From positions 39,858 through 103,857 of the forward strand of contig CAZVYG010000005.1 of assembly GCA_964631605.1 (NCBI GenBank): DNA of 64,000 nucleotides, written 5' to 3'. The stretch is from an uncultured Verrucomicrobiota bacterium (lineage in GTDB: Bacteria > Verrucomicrobiota > Verrucomicrobiia > Limisphaerales > UBA8199). This document shows positions 17,694 through 27,537 of this stretch, one piece after another. A program made the translations under genes and the position numbers. Every line of letters begins with the position of its first letter. Position 1 is the stretch's first letter. The notes below the pieces were generated by a model. That model did not search any database. It was not told the origin of the DNA and was given only the letters and a program-made list of their open reading frames with translations.

Positions 17694-19847
17694 ATGATTA
17701 GCGCTGTGGATTGTGAGCCGGCCGGGTCGGGGACCGACCTGGTGCGGCAGGTGGAGCGGATGTTCTCGCCCGAGGGCATTTTGTCGCGGGCGAAGAACTT
17801 CGAGTATCGGCCCCAACAGCAGGCCATGGCGGTGGCGGTCGCGCGGGCGTTGGAAAACAAGGAGCACCTCGCTGTCGAAGCCGGGACCGGCGTGGGCAAA
17901 AGCCTGGCTTACCTCGTGCCGGCGATTCTCTTTGCGGTGGCCCAAAGCAAGAAGGCCGTCATTTCCACCCACACCATCAACCTCCAGGAGCAGTTGATCG
18001 AAAAAGACCTGCCGATGCTCGAACGCATCCTCCAGCCGGTCCAGTTCAAGTTCGCCATGCTCAAAGGCCGCGCCAACTACCTTTGCACCCGCCGCCTCCA
18101 CAAGGCCATGCAGCAGTCCGGCAACCTCTTCACCAGCTCCGAGGGCGAGGAACTTCAGCGCATCTATGAATGGTCCAAAACCACCCGGGACGGCAGCCTT
18201 TCGGATTTCGACGTTGAACCGGACCCCAAAGTGTGGGCCCAGGTCTGCTCCGAGCGCGGTTTGTGCTCCCCCAAGTCCTGCGGGCCCGGCTCGGACTGGG
18301 CCAGGGACCATCCGCTGTGCTTTTTCCAGCGGGCCCGCGGCCGCATCCTGGCCGCGGACGTCCTGGTCCTGAACCACACCCTGCTGTTCACCCTGCTGGG
18401 CGGAATGGAGGAGGAAGCCAACGGCGGCATCCTGTTCCGGAACGACTTTGTCATCTTCGATGAAGCGCACACCGTCGAGCAGGTGGCTTCGCGCCATATC
18501 GGCCTGAGTGTTTCCAACGGCCAGGTGCGCTACGCCCTGCAGCGGTTGTGGAATCCCCGCACCGAGAAGGGACTCCTTGCCACCTTGCGCCGCGGCCGCG
18601 AGGTGAAACTCGTGGCCGAGTTGCTCGAAGCGGCGGACACCTTTTTCCACGAGGTCGAGCAGGCCTGCGAAACCTTGCAGCGCGCCGCCCGCCAGCGCCG
18701 CTTCGGCTCCGGCGAATCCCCCTCCGCCCCGCGGCGCGACTGGACCGAACTGCGCATTCGCCGGCCGGAACTGGTCAACGACAATCTCACCCTCCCCATC
18801 CAGCGGCTGCGCGAGGCCCTCAGTGACCTCATCAAACAGAGCGAGGACAAGGAGATGGGGGAGGAGTTGATGGAATGCAACCGGCGGCTGGACGAATTGC
18901 GCCAGGAGGTCGCCCTGTTCCTCAGCCAGGAGGCCCCCGACCATGTTTACTGGGTCGAACGCACCGGCAAGGCGCACCGGACCGTCTCCCTCAACGCCGC
19001 GCCGGTGGATGTCTCCGATTTCCTCCGCCGCCGGCTCTTCGGCAGCGACACCTCCGTTATTCTAACCAGCGCCACCCTGGCCATCCGCAGCGAAACCAGT
19101 GCCGCACCTCACCCGGCCCAAACCCGCCCGCGCGAGGGCCGCGCGCGCAGCCCGGGCGCGGCCAAAACACCCTCGCCCTTGGATTACTTCGCCCGCCGCG
19201 TGGGCGCCGAAGCCGCCGTCAAGCTGCAAGTCGGCACCCCCTTCGATTACCAGCGGCAGATGAAGCTCTACGTGGTGCGCAAAATGCCCGATCCGCGCGA
19301 GGAAACCTACCGCGACGAGCTCATCCACTGGATCCAACATTTCGTGAAGCTCACGCATGGCAAGGCGTTCGTGCTGTTTACCAACTTCAAGCTGATGCTC
19401 GAAATCGGCGAGCTCATGGAGCCCTTCTTCGAGCGGCTGCGCATCCCCTGCTTTGTTCAAGGCACCGGCACCCCCCGCTCGACCATGCTCGAAAAGTTCA
19501 AACGGGACGTGGATTCGGTCCTCTTCGGCACCGACAGTTTCTGGCAGGGGGTGGACGTGCCCGGCGAGGCCCTCTCCAACGTCATCATCACCCGCCTCCC
19601 CTTCGCCGTGCCGGACCATCCGCTCATCGAAGCCCGCATTGAAGCCATCGAAGCCCGCGGCGGCAACGCCTTTTCCGAGTTCTCCCTCCCGGAGGCCATC
19701 CTGAAATTCCGCCAGGGCGTCGGGCGCCTCATTCGCACCAAAACCGATACCGGCATCGTGGTGGTGCTCGACAACCGCATCCTGCTGAAGCAATACGGCC
19801 AGGCTTTCCTGGACGCCCTGCCCCCGTGCCCGATGGAAGTGGTCTGA
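17694..19847 (+). CDS. dinG: ATP-dependent DNA helicase, DinG/Rad3 family
   Basis: Motifs: YRPQQQAMA, Walker A VEAGTGVGKSLAYLVPA, DEAH box VIFDEAHTVE, and C-terminal helicase motifs VLFTNF, FGTDSFWQGVDVPG, QGVGRLIR. Confidence 0.88.
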   Translation: MISAVDCEPAGSGTDLVRQVERMFSPEGILSRAKNFEYRPQQQAMAVAVARALENKEHLAVEAGTGVGKSLAYLVPAILFAVAQSKKAVISTHTINLQEQLIEKDLPMLERILQPVQFKFAMLKGRANYLCTRRLHKAMQQSGNLFTSSEGEELQRIYEWSKTTRDGSLSDFDVEPDPKVWAQVCSERGLCSPKSCGPGSDWARDHPLCFFQRARGRILAADVLVLNHTLLFTLLGGMEEEANGGILFRNDFVIFDEAHTVEQVASRHIGLSVSNGQVRYALQRLWNPRTEKGLLATLRRGREVKLVAELLEAADTFFHEVEQACETLQRAARQRRFGSGESPSAPRRDWTELRIRRPELVNDNLTLPIQRLREALSDLIKQSEDKEMGEELMECNRRLDELRQEVALFLSQEAPDHVYWVERTGKAHRTVSLNAAPVDVSDFLRRRLFGSDTSVILTSATLAIRSETSAAPHPAQTRPREGRARSPGAAKTPSPLDYFARRVGAEAAVKLQVGTPFDYQRQMKLYVVRKMPDPREETYRDELIHWIQHFVKLTHGKAFVLFTNFKLMLEIGELMEPFFERLRIPCFVQGTGTPRSTMLEKFKRDVDSVLFGTDSFWQGVDVPGEALSNVIITRLPFAVPDHPLIEARIEAIEARGGNAFSEFSLPEAILKFRQGVGRLIRTKTDTGIVVVLDNRILLKQYGQAFLDALPPCPMEVV

Positions 19848-19916
19848 CCACTTGTTTTGTTAAAAGACAAGCCATCCAGCATTGCAGCTTTTGCCTTGAT
19901 CAGCTTGCTTAAAGTG

Positions 19917-22208
19917 ATGCTCAGACAATTGTTCTTGCTCGTTTCCGTCACGGCCCCGCTCGCGCTGGCCCTTGCCCAGCCCGATCCCTCCACGGTCTAT
20001 GCCTGGTACCGGGGCGACGATGGCCTCCAAATCGCCGCCGACAACTATGGAGTGCTGCGCTGGACCAACCACGGGACGCAACCGGTCTCCGGTGTGTCGC
20101 AGGCCGCCCGCGACCTGAGCCGGGTGGTCGGCGCGCCGCAGAAACTTTATTTGCGCCGCAACGATCAGGCGCCGGCGGCGGCGGTGGTGTTCGACGGCAA
20201 TGACGGCTTGTGGGCCGCGCGCGCGGATTTCGGGACGATTGCAACCGATCGAACTCTGATGTTTTACGCGCGCGTGCAGGCCGCCAGCACCCTGGGATTC
20301 CTGTTTGACGCCAGCTCCTTCACCGGCGGCCTGACCCGCGGCCAGGTCAACACCGGCTACTGGCATATCGGCGTCTCCGGCGCCACCAACACCAGCTACG
20401 GCCCCGCGCTCGGCATCCGAACTGCCCCGGTCGTCACCGGCATCTGGCAGACCCACGCCTTCATTGTCCTCACCAACTCCTCCGGCGCGCGGCTCCAGCA
20501 TTTCATTGATGGCAGCCCGGTGGCCGACGTGCCCGCTCCCACCAATGGCGCCCTCGGGGGGTTGATTCTCGGCGTCAACGTCGCCACCCAGTACGGCATC
20601 CAGGCCGAAGTCGCCGAGGCGCTGGTATTCAGCCGGGCGCTGGACGCCGCCGCGCGTTCGAGCGTCGAGACTTACCTCTCCAATAAATGGCAGGGTGTGA
20701 CCGCCGATCCCAACCCGCCTCCCGCGCCGGTAATCACCAAGGTCTTCGAGGGCGGCAAGGACGGCTACGCCTGTTACCGCATCCCGGCCATGGTCACCAC
20801 TCTCAAGGGCACCATCATCGCCGTCGCCGACGGCCGCCTTTCCGGCTGTGGCGACATTCCCAATCCTCTCGACCTGGTCGCCCGGCGCAGCTATGACAAT
20901 GGCCGGAGCTGGACGCCCTTGCAGGTGATCGCCAACTACGGCAGCGACCCGGCGGATACGGACGTCTATCCGCATTACGGCATCACCAACCCCATCCCGC
21001 GAGTCTCGGCGGGCGATGCCGCCCTGTTGCTGGACCGCACCAACGGGCGGGTTTGGGCGCTCTACGACAACGGCGGGAACAGCGGCGGCCGCAAGATCAA
21101 GCTCGAGATGCGTTACAGCGACGACGAGGGCACCAACTGGTCCCCCGCCCTCGACATCGAAGCCCTTAATCCCGGCCTGCGCCCCAGCTCGAGCGGCGAA
21201 TTCCTCGCCGGACCCGGCAACGGTATTCAGCTCAGCGCCGGGCCGCAGGCCGGGCGCCTGATCTTCCCGGTTTACCTCTACGGCAACCCTTCCTCCTCGA
21301 TGATCATTTTCAGCGACGATCACGGTCAAACCTGGCAGCGCGGCGGCGTGGCCGGACTGGGCGGCGGCGAAATTCAGGTGGCGGAAACCGCGGGCGGCGG
21401 TTTGCTGGCCTCGATGCGTGACAACAACTTCCCCACCACCGGCGTGCGCACCTTCAGCCGCAGCTCCGATGGCGGCATCACCTGGGGCGAACCCTACACC
21501 AGTACCCCCAACCAGCCGGCGCTCCCGGACCCCGCCTGCCAGGGCAGCATCCTCCGCCTGACCACCACCAACGACAGCAACGCCAGCCGGCTCATTTTCG
21601 CCAACGCGGCGGATTCCTCCTCCCGGATCAAGATGACCCTGCGAATCAGCTACGACGAGGGCGCCACCTGGCCGGTCAGCCACCTGGTCTATGCCGGCAG
21701 TTCCGCTTACTCGTCGCTCACCCGGCTGGCAAACGACGACGTCGGCTTGCTCTTCGAAGTGGATAACTACACTCGCATTGATTTCGTCCGCCGCTCGGTC
21801 GCAGAGATCAGCGGCGGCAGCGACGCCCTGCCCGCCTACACCGTCTGGGCGGGCCAGCACTTCACCCCCGCCCAGCTCTCCGATCCGGCCATCTCCGGCC
21901 CCGCGGCCGACCCGGACAAGGACTCCCTCGATAACTATGCCGAGTTCATCGCCGGAACCGATCCGCTGAATTCCGCCAGCAAACTGCAGTTGAATTTCTG
22001 GCGGGGAGGCGGCGCCCTGCCGCGCCTCAGTTTCGAGGGACAATCCAATCGCAGCTACACCGTGCAGTACCGGCACGCCGCCGAACCGGGGGAGTGGCGG
22101 CGATACAGCGACCTTGCGGCCCTGGCGTCCAACACCACCGTCGAACTGGAGATCGCGCCCACGAACCCGGCTGGCTTTTTTCGCGTCGCCACCCCACAGT
22201 TGCCCTGA
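19917..22208 (+). CDS. Exo-alpha-sialidase (GH33) with N-terminal LamG/lectin-like domain, TSP3-like linker and C-terminal FFRV domain
   Basis: RIP motif: YACYRIPAM. Five Asp-boxes: SYDNGRSWT, SDDEGTNWS, SDDHGQTWQ, SSDGGITWG, SYDEGATWP. The ATG at 19917 gives the signal peptide MLRQLFLLVSVTAPLALALA; the track start at 19857 is a TTG. C-terminal end reads DPDKDSLDNYAEFIAGTDPLN ... NPAGFFRVATPQLP*. Confidence 0.9.
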   Translation: MLRQLFLLVSVTAPLALALAQPDPSTVYAWYRGDDGLQIAADNYGVLRWTNHGTQPVSGVSQAARDLSRVVGAPQKLYLRRNDQAPAAAVVFDGNDGLWAARADFGTIATDRTLMFYARVQAASTLGFLFDASSFTGGLTRGQVNTGYWHIGVSGATNTSYGPALGIRTAPVVTGIWQTHAFIVLTNSSGARLQHFIDGSPVADVPAPTNGALGGLILGVNVATQYGIQAEVAEALVFSRALDAAARSSVETYLSNKWQGVTADPNPPPAPVITKVFEGGKDGYACYRIPAMVTTLKGTIIAVADGRLSGCGDIPNPLDLVARRSYDNGRSWTPLQVIANYGSDPADTDVYPHYGITNPIPRVSAGDAALLLDRTNGRVWALYDNGGNSGGRKIKLEMRYSDDEGTNWSPALDIEALNPGLRPSSSGEFLAGPGNGIQLSAGPQAGRLIFPVYLYGNPSSSMIIFSDDHGQTWQRGGVAGLGGGEIQVAETAGGGLLASMRDNNFPTTGVRTFSRSSDGGITWGEPYTSTPNQPALPDPACQGSILRLTTTNDSNASRLIFANAADSSSRIKMTLRISYDEGATWPVSHLVYAGSSAYSSLTRLANDDVGLLFEVDNYTRIDFVRRSVAEISGGSDALPAYTVWAGQHFTPAQLSDPAISGPAADPDKDSLDNYAEFIAGTDPLNSASKLQLNFWRGGGALPRLSFEGQSNRSYTVQYRHAAEPGEWRRYSDLAALASNTTVELEIAPTNPAGFFRVATPQLP

Positions 22209-23453
22209 GTGAAACCTCCTTCCACCTCGCTGCTGGACCCGGCGGGCGGCCCCGCGGCCCTGGGGGCCTTCTACCGCGACACCCTGCTCAACGACGTCAT
22301 CCCCTTCTGGCTCCGGCACGGCCTGGACCGCGAGCATGGTGGAATGCTCACCTGCCTCGACCGCGACGGCTCGGTGCTCGACACCGACAAATCGGTCTGG
22401 TTCCAGGGCCGCGCGGGCTGGATGTTCGCCACGCTCTACAACACCCTCGAACAAAGGCCGGAATGGCTCGAAGCCGCGCGCAGTTGCCTCGAATTCTCGC
22501 GTCGCCATTGTTTTGGCCCCGAAGGCAAAATGTACTTCACCGTCACCCGCGAGGGCCGGCCGCTGCGGATGCGCCGCTATGTGTTCAGCGAATCCTTCGC
22601 CGCCATCGCCAATGCGGCTTACGCCCGGGCCACAGGCGACGCCCGGGCGGCGGAAGACGCCGTCCGCACTTTCACCACCTACACCCGCTACTCGTTCACG
22701 CCGGGAGTCATGGCGCCCAAATTCGAACCCACCCGCCCCATGCAGGCCATCGGCAGCCACCTCATCGGCATCGCGACCGCCCAGGAACTGCGGGCCAACC
22801 TGGGCGATCTCCCCGTCGCCGGCCGCACCTGCACCGAATGGATAGACTTCAGCATCGGCGAAATCCAACGCCGGTTTCTCAAGCCGGAACACCAGGTCTT
22901 GCTGGAGGTGGTCGGGGAAAAGGGCGAGATGCTCGATCATTTCGACGGACGGACCCTCAATCCCGGGCACGCAATCGAAGCCGCCTGGTTCATCCTTCAT
23001 GAAGGCCAACTGCGCCGCGACCAGCGCCTCGTCCGCCTCGGCCTCACCATTCTCGACTGGATGTGGCAGCGCGGCTGGGACGAAGAGTTCGGCGGCCTGT
23101 TCTACTTCCGCGATCTGCGCGGACTCCCGGTGCAGGAATACTGGCACGACATGAAATTCTGGTGGCCCCATAACGAGGCCGTTATTGCCACGCTGCTGGC
23201 CTGGAGCCTCACCGGCGACCCCAAATACGCGCGCTGGCATCAACAGGCGCACGACTGGAGTTTCTCCCATTTTCCCGATCCCGAGTTCGGCGAGTGGTTC
23301 GGCTACCTCCATCGCGACGGCTCGCTCTCCGTCCGGCTCAAGGGCAATCTCTGGAAAGGCCCCTTCCACCTGCCGCGAATGTTGTGGTACGCCAGCCGCC
23401 TCTGCGGGGACGTTTCGTCCCACGAAAAGACTCCTCAACCGGCTTGGGGCTGA
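22209..23453 (+). CDS. N-acylglucosamine 2-epimerase (AGE / renin-binding-protein family)
   Basis: (alpha/alpha)6 AGE-family signature: DVIPFWLRHGLDREHGG, DTDKSVWFQGRAGWMF, PGHAIEAAWFIL, GWDEEFGGLFYF, KFWWPHNEA, GEWFGYLHRDG, KGPFHLPR. GTG start immediately after the sialidase stop. Confidence 0.85.
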   Translation: MKPPSTSLLDPAGGPAALGAFYRDTLLNDVIPFWLRHGLDREHGGMLTCLDRDGSVLDTDKSVWFQGRAGWMFATLYNTLEQRPEWLEAARSCLEFSRRHCFGPEGKMYFTVTREGRPLRMRRYVFSESFAAIANAAYARATGDARAAEDAVRTFTTYTRYSFTPGVMAPKFEPTRPMQAIGSHLIGIATAQELRANLGDLPVAGRTCTEWIDFSIGEIQRRFLKPEHQVLLEVVGEKGEMLDHFDGRTLNPGHAIEAAWFILHEGQLRRDQRLVRLGLTILDWMWQRGWDEEFGGLFYFRDLRGLPVQEYWHDMKFWWPHNEAVIATLLAWSLTGDPKYARWHQQAHDWSFSHFPDPEFGEWFGYLHRDGSLSVRLKGNLWKGPFHLPRMLWYASRLCGDVSSHEKTPQPAWG

Positions 23454-23489
23454 CGCGCCCCGCGCGTTTCAATAGCCTCGGGGTTGAGC
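23423..23489 (+). repeat. Left copy of an imperfect ~68-nt direct repeat (last 29 nt of the AGE gene plus 36 nt downstream)
   Basis: cgaaaagactcctcaaccggcttggggctgacgcgccccgcgcgtttcaatagcctcggggttgagc recurs at 27469..27536. My hand alignment gives about 59 of 68 positions identical, same orientation. Confidence 0.8.
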
Positions 23490-23504
23490 TCGAAGGCGCC
23501 CCGT

Positions 23505-25913
23505 TTACCGTCCGGCCGCCGCCGGCTTGGCCAGGGCTTCCTGCAAGGCCAGAATTTGCCGGGCGACCTGCCAGCGGCGGACGTCAAACTCCTCGGGGGC
23601 CCAAAGATTGTCGTATTTGTATTTGGTCTGAACACGAATGGCATTCCAAACCTCCTGCAACTCCTTTTCGGCGAGAGCGGCCGCGTTTTTTGCGGCAGGC
23701 AGCGGGCTTTGACGAGCCTGGGAAATCAACTGCTCCAGGGTATAAACATACCGGTGGTCATCGTAGCCTTCGCGGTAGGCCTCCCAAAGCACCACCGGCA
23801 TCGGCGTGCCGTCCGGCTCGTGGCGATTGAAAAAATCCTGGGCCGAACCATCGAGGTAATTCAGCGGGTCCCCCGAGCTGGACGAGTAAATCCACGGGAT
23901 GAGAGCGCGGAAACCGGAGCGCCAGAAGCCGAAGCCGTAGGTCATGCGCGCGCCGGCAACGGGGGTGTGATCGTTTTCGCCGTTGACGTGGTTGGGGTAG
24001 CACCAGTATTCGACCCCGCGCGCCCTCGAGTCGGCCAGCACGGTCTCCCGGTCGGGTGCAAACGGTTGAGTGCACCAGACGTCCACCCAGGGCCGCAGGG
24101 GCGCGAATTGATCGTGTGTCGGATCGGCGGTCAGATAGGTGCGCACCCCGGCTGCCTTGCAGGCCTTGAGGACCTGCTGCATAAAAGCGACGGAGGCAGC
24201 GTCCGTGCCCGGCTCATCCACCGGGTAATAAAGAAATTCCGGCCAATGGCGCGCCTTCCGCTCCGCTTCGATGGCCCGGACCATGGCGGTGATTTCTTCG
24301 CTAAAGCCCGGAGGCGCCTCCTTGACCCCGCGCAAGTGTGAGCCGTAGCGCTGCTTTTGGTGTTTCTCATACACGCCGTCGGTGTTGATGCTCATCACCA
24401 CCGGACCGCGAAAACCGTGCCTGCTCCACAGCTCCAGCTTGGCCGCCAGCAAGTCCCAGTTGAATCGGAACTCTCCTTGCGCGTCCGCGGGCGGGCTGTA
24501 GCAACTCAGTGTCACGTTGCGAATGCCGTGGGCGACCATGTCCGCGTGCTCCAACTCGGCGCGACGGCGGAAATGTTCCCGCGAGACTTCGTCGTCAGCT
24601 CCGGTCAGCAGGTCGTAAGGATGGCGGTAATAAATGCCGAATATTTTGTCGGGGTCCTCCCGCAGACGAATGGGTGGAATGCGAAGCTGCAACGGAACCA
24701 CCGCCCGGCCGCCGTCGCAACTGAACTCCACCTGACCGCGGTAGAGTCCGGGCGGCGCGTTCTCAGGCACGCGAAGGGTCAGCCAGAAGCGCGCGTTTTC
24801 GTGGGCCGGCAACGCGCCGCCGGTGAATCGTTCGAGAATGTCAGGCACGACCCGGTAGCGATGCTGCACACGGTAATTCGGGCGCGCCAGTTGGTAGCGG
24901 ACTTTCCGCACCTCGATATCCTGCGCGCGCACGGGCCCCACATCGCTCACGCGCACTTTGACGTCGGCCAGGTCCCGTAACGGCCGCACGATCAAATTGG
25001 CCGGCTCGTATTCCCCGGGAGAAGCGAACAAGCGCAGGACGGGATTCAACTCCTGGGGCCTGGGCTGGCTGTCGGGATAAACGCACTCGAGATAATGACG
25101 TGAAAAAATCAGGAAACCGCGTTGGCGGTCGGCGGCGGTGGGCGTCAACGGCGGGCCGGGATCCGGTTCCGGTTCCCGCTGCCACCTGGCCCATTCCGTC
25201 GGCGGCAGATGCGTCAGCCAGTGTTCCAGCGGAGCAATGATTTCCTTTTCCACGCGGCCGCCTTCCCGGGCGGGCCAAATGAGCAGCGCCGCGCAAATCC
25301 ATTTGCTGCGCGGCAGAAACTCGACGGCCACCGGCTGTTGGCTCGCCTCCGTCCGGAACCGCAACCACCGGAATTGATAGCCACCCTCGATTTGCACCCG
25401 TTGCTCAGCCCCGCCAACGCGCACCGTAAAATCGAAGAACTGACTGCGAAAGGCTTCGCTGCCGCCGCAAAGGAGATAAACCTCGACCTCGCCCGGCGGA
25501 ATTGTGACCAGAAATGTGCTGTTGGTCGCGCCGACCAGACAATCCTCAGTGAGCGGATGGGTCCATATCGGAGGCGGCTCGAAGGAACCGCGGCTGCGGT
25601 TCTCGATGGGCTCCCGGTAGGCCCGCGCGTAAGCCCGCAGGTCCGTCTTCGTCTGCCACCCATAACCCACGCCCTCGTTGAACAAGCTGGCGGCAGTGAT
25701 CCGGGTGAAATTCGTCGCGACCGCCGATTGCGGCGTGCCCAGGTCGAACAACCAGGGCGCGGCGGGGGCGGAACCGCCCAGGACCAACGCCGCAACAAGG
25801 CCGAAGCCGCGGGCGATGGCAGCAGGCAGGCCGGGCCGTTGAATCCTTTGTTTTCGCCCCGTTATCCCGGCTGACAAAGCAGAAACCCTAATGACAAGGG
25901 CCTTCGTTTTCAT
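23505..25913 (-). CDS. Secreted hypothetical protein, putative TIM-barrel glycoside-hydrolase-like (DUF4091-like) with N-terminal FDLG...GYGW beta-sandwich domain
   Basis: Long ORF with coding-like composition. The ATG at 25913 forms an ATGA overlap with the stop of the upstream gene. Signal-like segment: GFGLVAALVLGGSAPAAP. The N-terminal domain (FDLGTPQS...GVGYGWQ...FLVTIPPGEVEVYLLCGG) resembles the middle domain of the CE12 protein. The C-terminal half (YYPVDEPG, VWCTQP, YWCYPNH, FGFWRSGFRALIPWIY) looks like a glycosidase barrel. The family call is tentative. Confidence 0.55.
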   Translation of the reverse strand: MKTKALVIRVSALSAGITGRKQRIQRPGLPAAIARGFGLVAALVLGGSAPAAPWLFDLGTPQSAVATNFTRITAASLFNEGVGYGWQTKTDLRAYARAYREPIENRSRGSFEPPPIWTHPLTEDCLVGATNSTFLVTIPPGEVEVYLLCGGSEAFRSQFFDFTVRVGGAEQRVQIEGGYQFRWLRFRTEASQQPVAVEFLPRSKWICAALLIWPAREGGRVEKEIIAPLEHWLTHLPPTEWARWQREPEPDPGPPLTPTAADRQRGFLIFSRHYLECVYPDSQPRPQELNPVLRLFASPGEYEPANLIVRPLRDLADVKVRVSDVGPVRAQDIEVRKVRYQLARPNYRVQHRYRVVPDILERFTGGALPAHENARFWLTLRVPENAPPGLYRGQVEFSCDGGRAVVPLQLRIPPIRLREDPDKIFGIYYRHPYDLLTGADDEVSREHFRRRAELEHADMVAHGIRNVTLSCYSPPADAQGEFRFNWDLLAAKLELWSRHGFRGPVVMSINTDGVYEKHQKQRYGSHLRGVKEAPPGFSEEITAMVRAIEAERKARHWPEFLYYPVDEPGTDAASVAFMQQVLKACKAAGVRTYLTADPTHDQFAPLRPWVDVWCTQPFAPDRETVLADSRARGVEYWCYPNHVNGENDHTPVAGARMTYGFGFWRSGFRALIPWIYSSSSGDPLNYLDGSAQDFFNRHEPDGTPMPVVLWEAYREGYDDHRYVYTLEQLISQARQSPLPAAKNAAALAEKELQEVWNAIRVQTKYKYDNLWAPEEFDVRRWQVARQILALQEALAKPAAAGR

Positions 25914-26929
25914 GGCTGCGTACTCCTTTCCGACCACGGAGATTCCAGCAGTCGCACGCGGCTAGTCTGCGCCGGCATGGCGCCGATGCGGGCGCTCACT
26001 TCGTATTCGCCCGCCGCTGGCGTTCTGTCGCCAAACTCAAACATCAATTTGTGGTGCCCCCGCCCCGCCTTGAGCGTCTTGCGGCCAACAAGCCGGCCGG
26101 CCTGGCGCAACTCGGTGGTCACTTCCGCCGTCTCACCCGGCTTGAGTCCGGTCAACCGAAACCGTACCGGCAGTCCGGGCGCGTCCGCAAACAACGCGGT
26201 TTGTTCCGCCGCAAAGTCCAGCAGCGTCGGGACCGAATAACATGTCAGGGCCAGGCTGGCGATGGTGAACTCGATCTCGTCGCCATGCCGGTAATCGGCG
26301 TCCGATAGCGAGAACATGAGCTGGTTGATCGCCGACAGCTTGGGCAACTCCCACAACGGAAGCAGGAACCTTCCCCATTTGCCCTTTTGCAACTCGGTGA
26401 GCGGCCTGGACCAGCTTGTCTCGCCCTCGGCGCGAATCAGCAGGCTCACAGGGGTCGAAGGCAGATTCTCCCGTGGCGTGTCGGCCCTGATCAGCACCTC
26501 CAAATAATCCCAGTCCGACCAATCGCGCTCACTCTCCTTGAACGACCGCCAAACCCGCGGCCAGCCGATGGGATACTTTGGCTCTCCGCCAAAGTGGTCC
26601 ACGACGATCCGCCAGCGCAGCCAGGGCGTTTCCGCCGGGGCACGGTTGGTTTCAGTGACAATCGAAGATTCGGCGGTGCTCCAGATTCTTTCGATCTTCC
26701 CGTCGAACAAAGGCCGGGCTTCCATTTCCGGGCGCCGGCCAATGTCCAAAGGAAGTGAATTCAGGGGGGTAAACTGCGGCGGCTCGGACGCCACGAGGGA
26801 CACGCTCCAGGCCACCCAGCCAAGCCAGGCGAATATTCGGTTCCTCGGTGTTCCACGTGGCCGGAATGCGAGTGGCTCGTTACCTCGGCTATTGAGTGGT
26901 TCACAGGGCATAAAGCGCGAACTGAACAT
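25910..26929 (-). CDS. Hypothetical exported protein
   Basis: ORF is translationally coupled to 23505..25913. Signal-like segment: RNRIFAWLGWVAWSVSLVAS. I recognise no family. The start is uncertain (ATG 26929 chosen; the track start at 27040 is also possible). Confidence 0.5.
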   Translation of the reverse strand: MFSSRFMPCEPLNSRGNEPLAFRPRGTPRNRIFAWLGWVAWSVSLVASEPPQFTPLNSLPLDIGRRPEMEARPLFDGKIERIWSTAESSIVTETNRAPAETPWLRWRIVVDHFGGEPKYPIGWPRVWRSFKESERDWSDWDYLEVLIRADTPRENLPSTPVSLLIRAEGETSWSRPLTELQKGKWGRFLLPLWELPKLSAINQLMFSLSDADYRHGDEIEFTIASLALTCYSVPTLLDFAAEQTALFADAPGLPVRFRLTGLKPGETAEVTTELRQAGRLVGRKTLKAGRGHHKLMFEFGDRTPAAGEYEVSARIGAMPAQTSRVRLLESPWSERSTQP

Positions 26930-27468
26930 CAGTTGAATGGTTTTGCTGTTTGCCGCCGCTGCCAATCGGTGCTCGACCCTGAGCATTTGAGTTTTGTTCT
27001 TACAAGCACCATCATTCTCTCTCGGGGTCGGCCCTGTCACCTCGTTTTACCGACCACCAACACCGCCGGGCCGCTTCAGCGTGTGCGTCAACAGGCCGCG
27101 CCCGTCTCCGCCGGCGTCCCCGTCGAGACCCTGAACATTGTTCGCCTCGATCATCGCGTGACGATAACCAAGTCCGAGAATCCAGTCCACAGCATTGTCC
27201 GCGCGTGCGCAGGACGGCTTCGTCGGTCAGGCGTTCGTCCTGCCCAAAATCGAACCGGCCCAGGCTGACCGCCCTCCCGAGTTGCTTGGCCTCGCCGGCG
27301 TCCTGGAGGAGGCGCTCGGCCTGGCCGACGAGCGTTGCCAGGTGGCGGGAGCTCCTGCCCCAAACCGGGTTCGAGCCAGCGCAAAGTCCCGCCCCGCCTT
27401 TATTGTGCCGGGCTGAATCTGTCGTGCTTGATGGCAAGGTGCTGTGTCGGTGCGAACGTCTTGTCTAA

Positions 27469-27536
27469 CGAAAAGACATCCTGAACCGGCTTGGGGCTGA
27501 CAGGCGCCGCGGCTTTCAATAGCCTCGGCTTTGAGC
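27469..27536 (+). repeat. Right copy of the imperfect ~68-nt direct repeat, ending 1-4 nt before the nanM-like start codon
   Basis: cgaaaagacatcctgaaccggcttggggctgacaggcgccgcggctttcaatagcctcggctttgagc; see 23423..23489. Confidence 0.8.
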
Positions 27537-27537
27537 A

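Noticed and set aside
19860-23438. 1192-aa minus-strand ORF spanning the sialidase and AGE genes
   Set aside because: It lies antisense to two + strand genes with unmistakable family motifs (RIP motif plus five Asp-boxes; AGE signature). Its translation is low-complexity and rich in A, G, R, P and V, with no recognisable domain. This is typical of a shadow ORF in GC-rich DNA.
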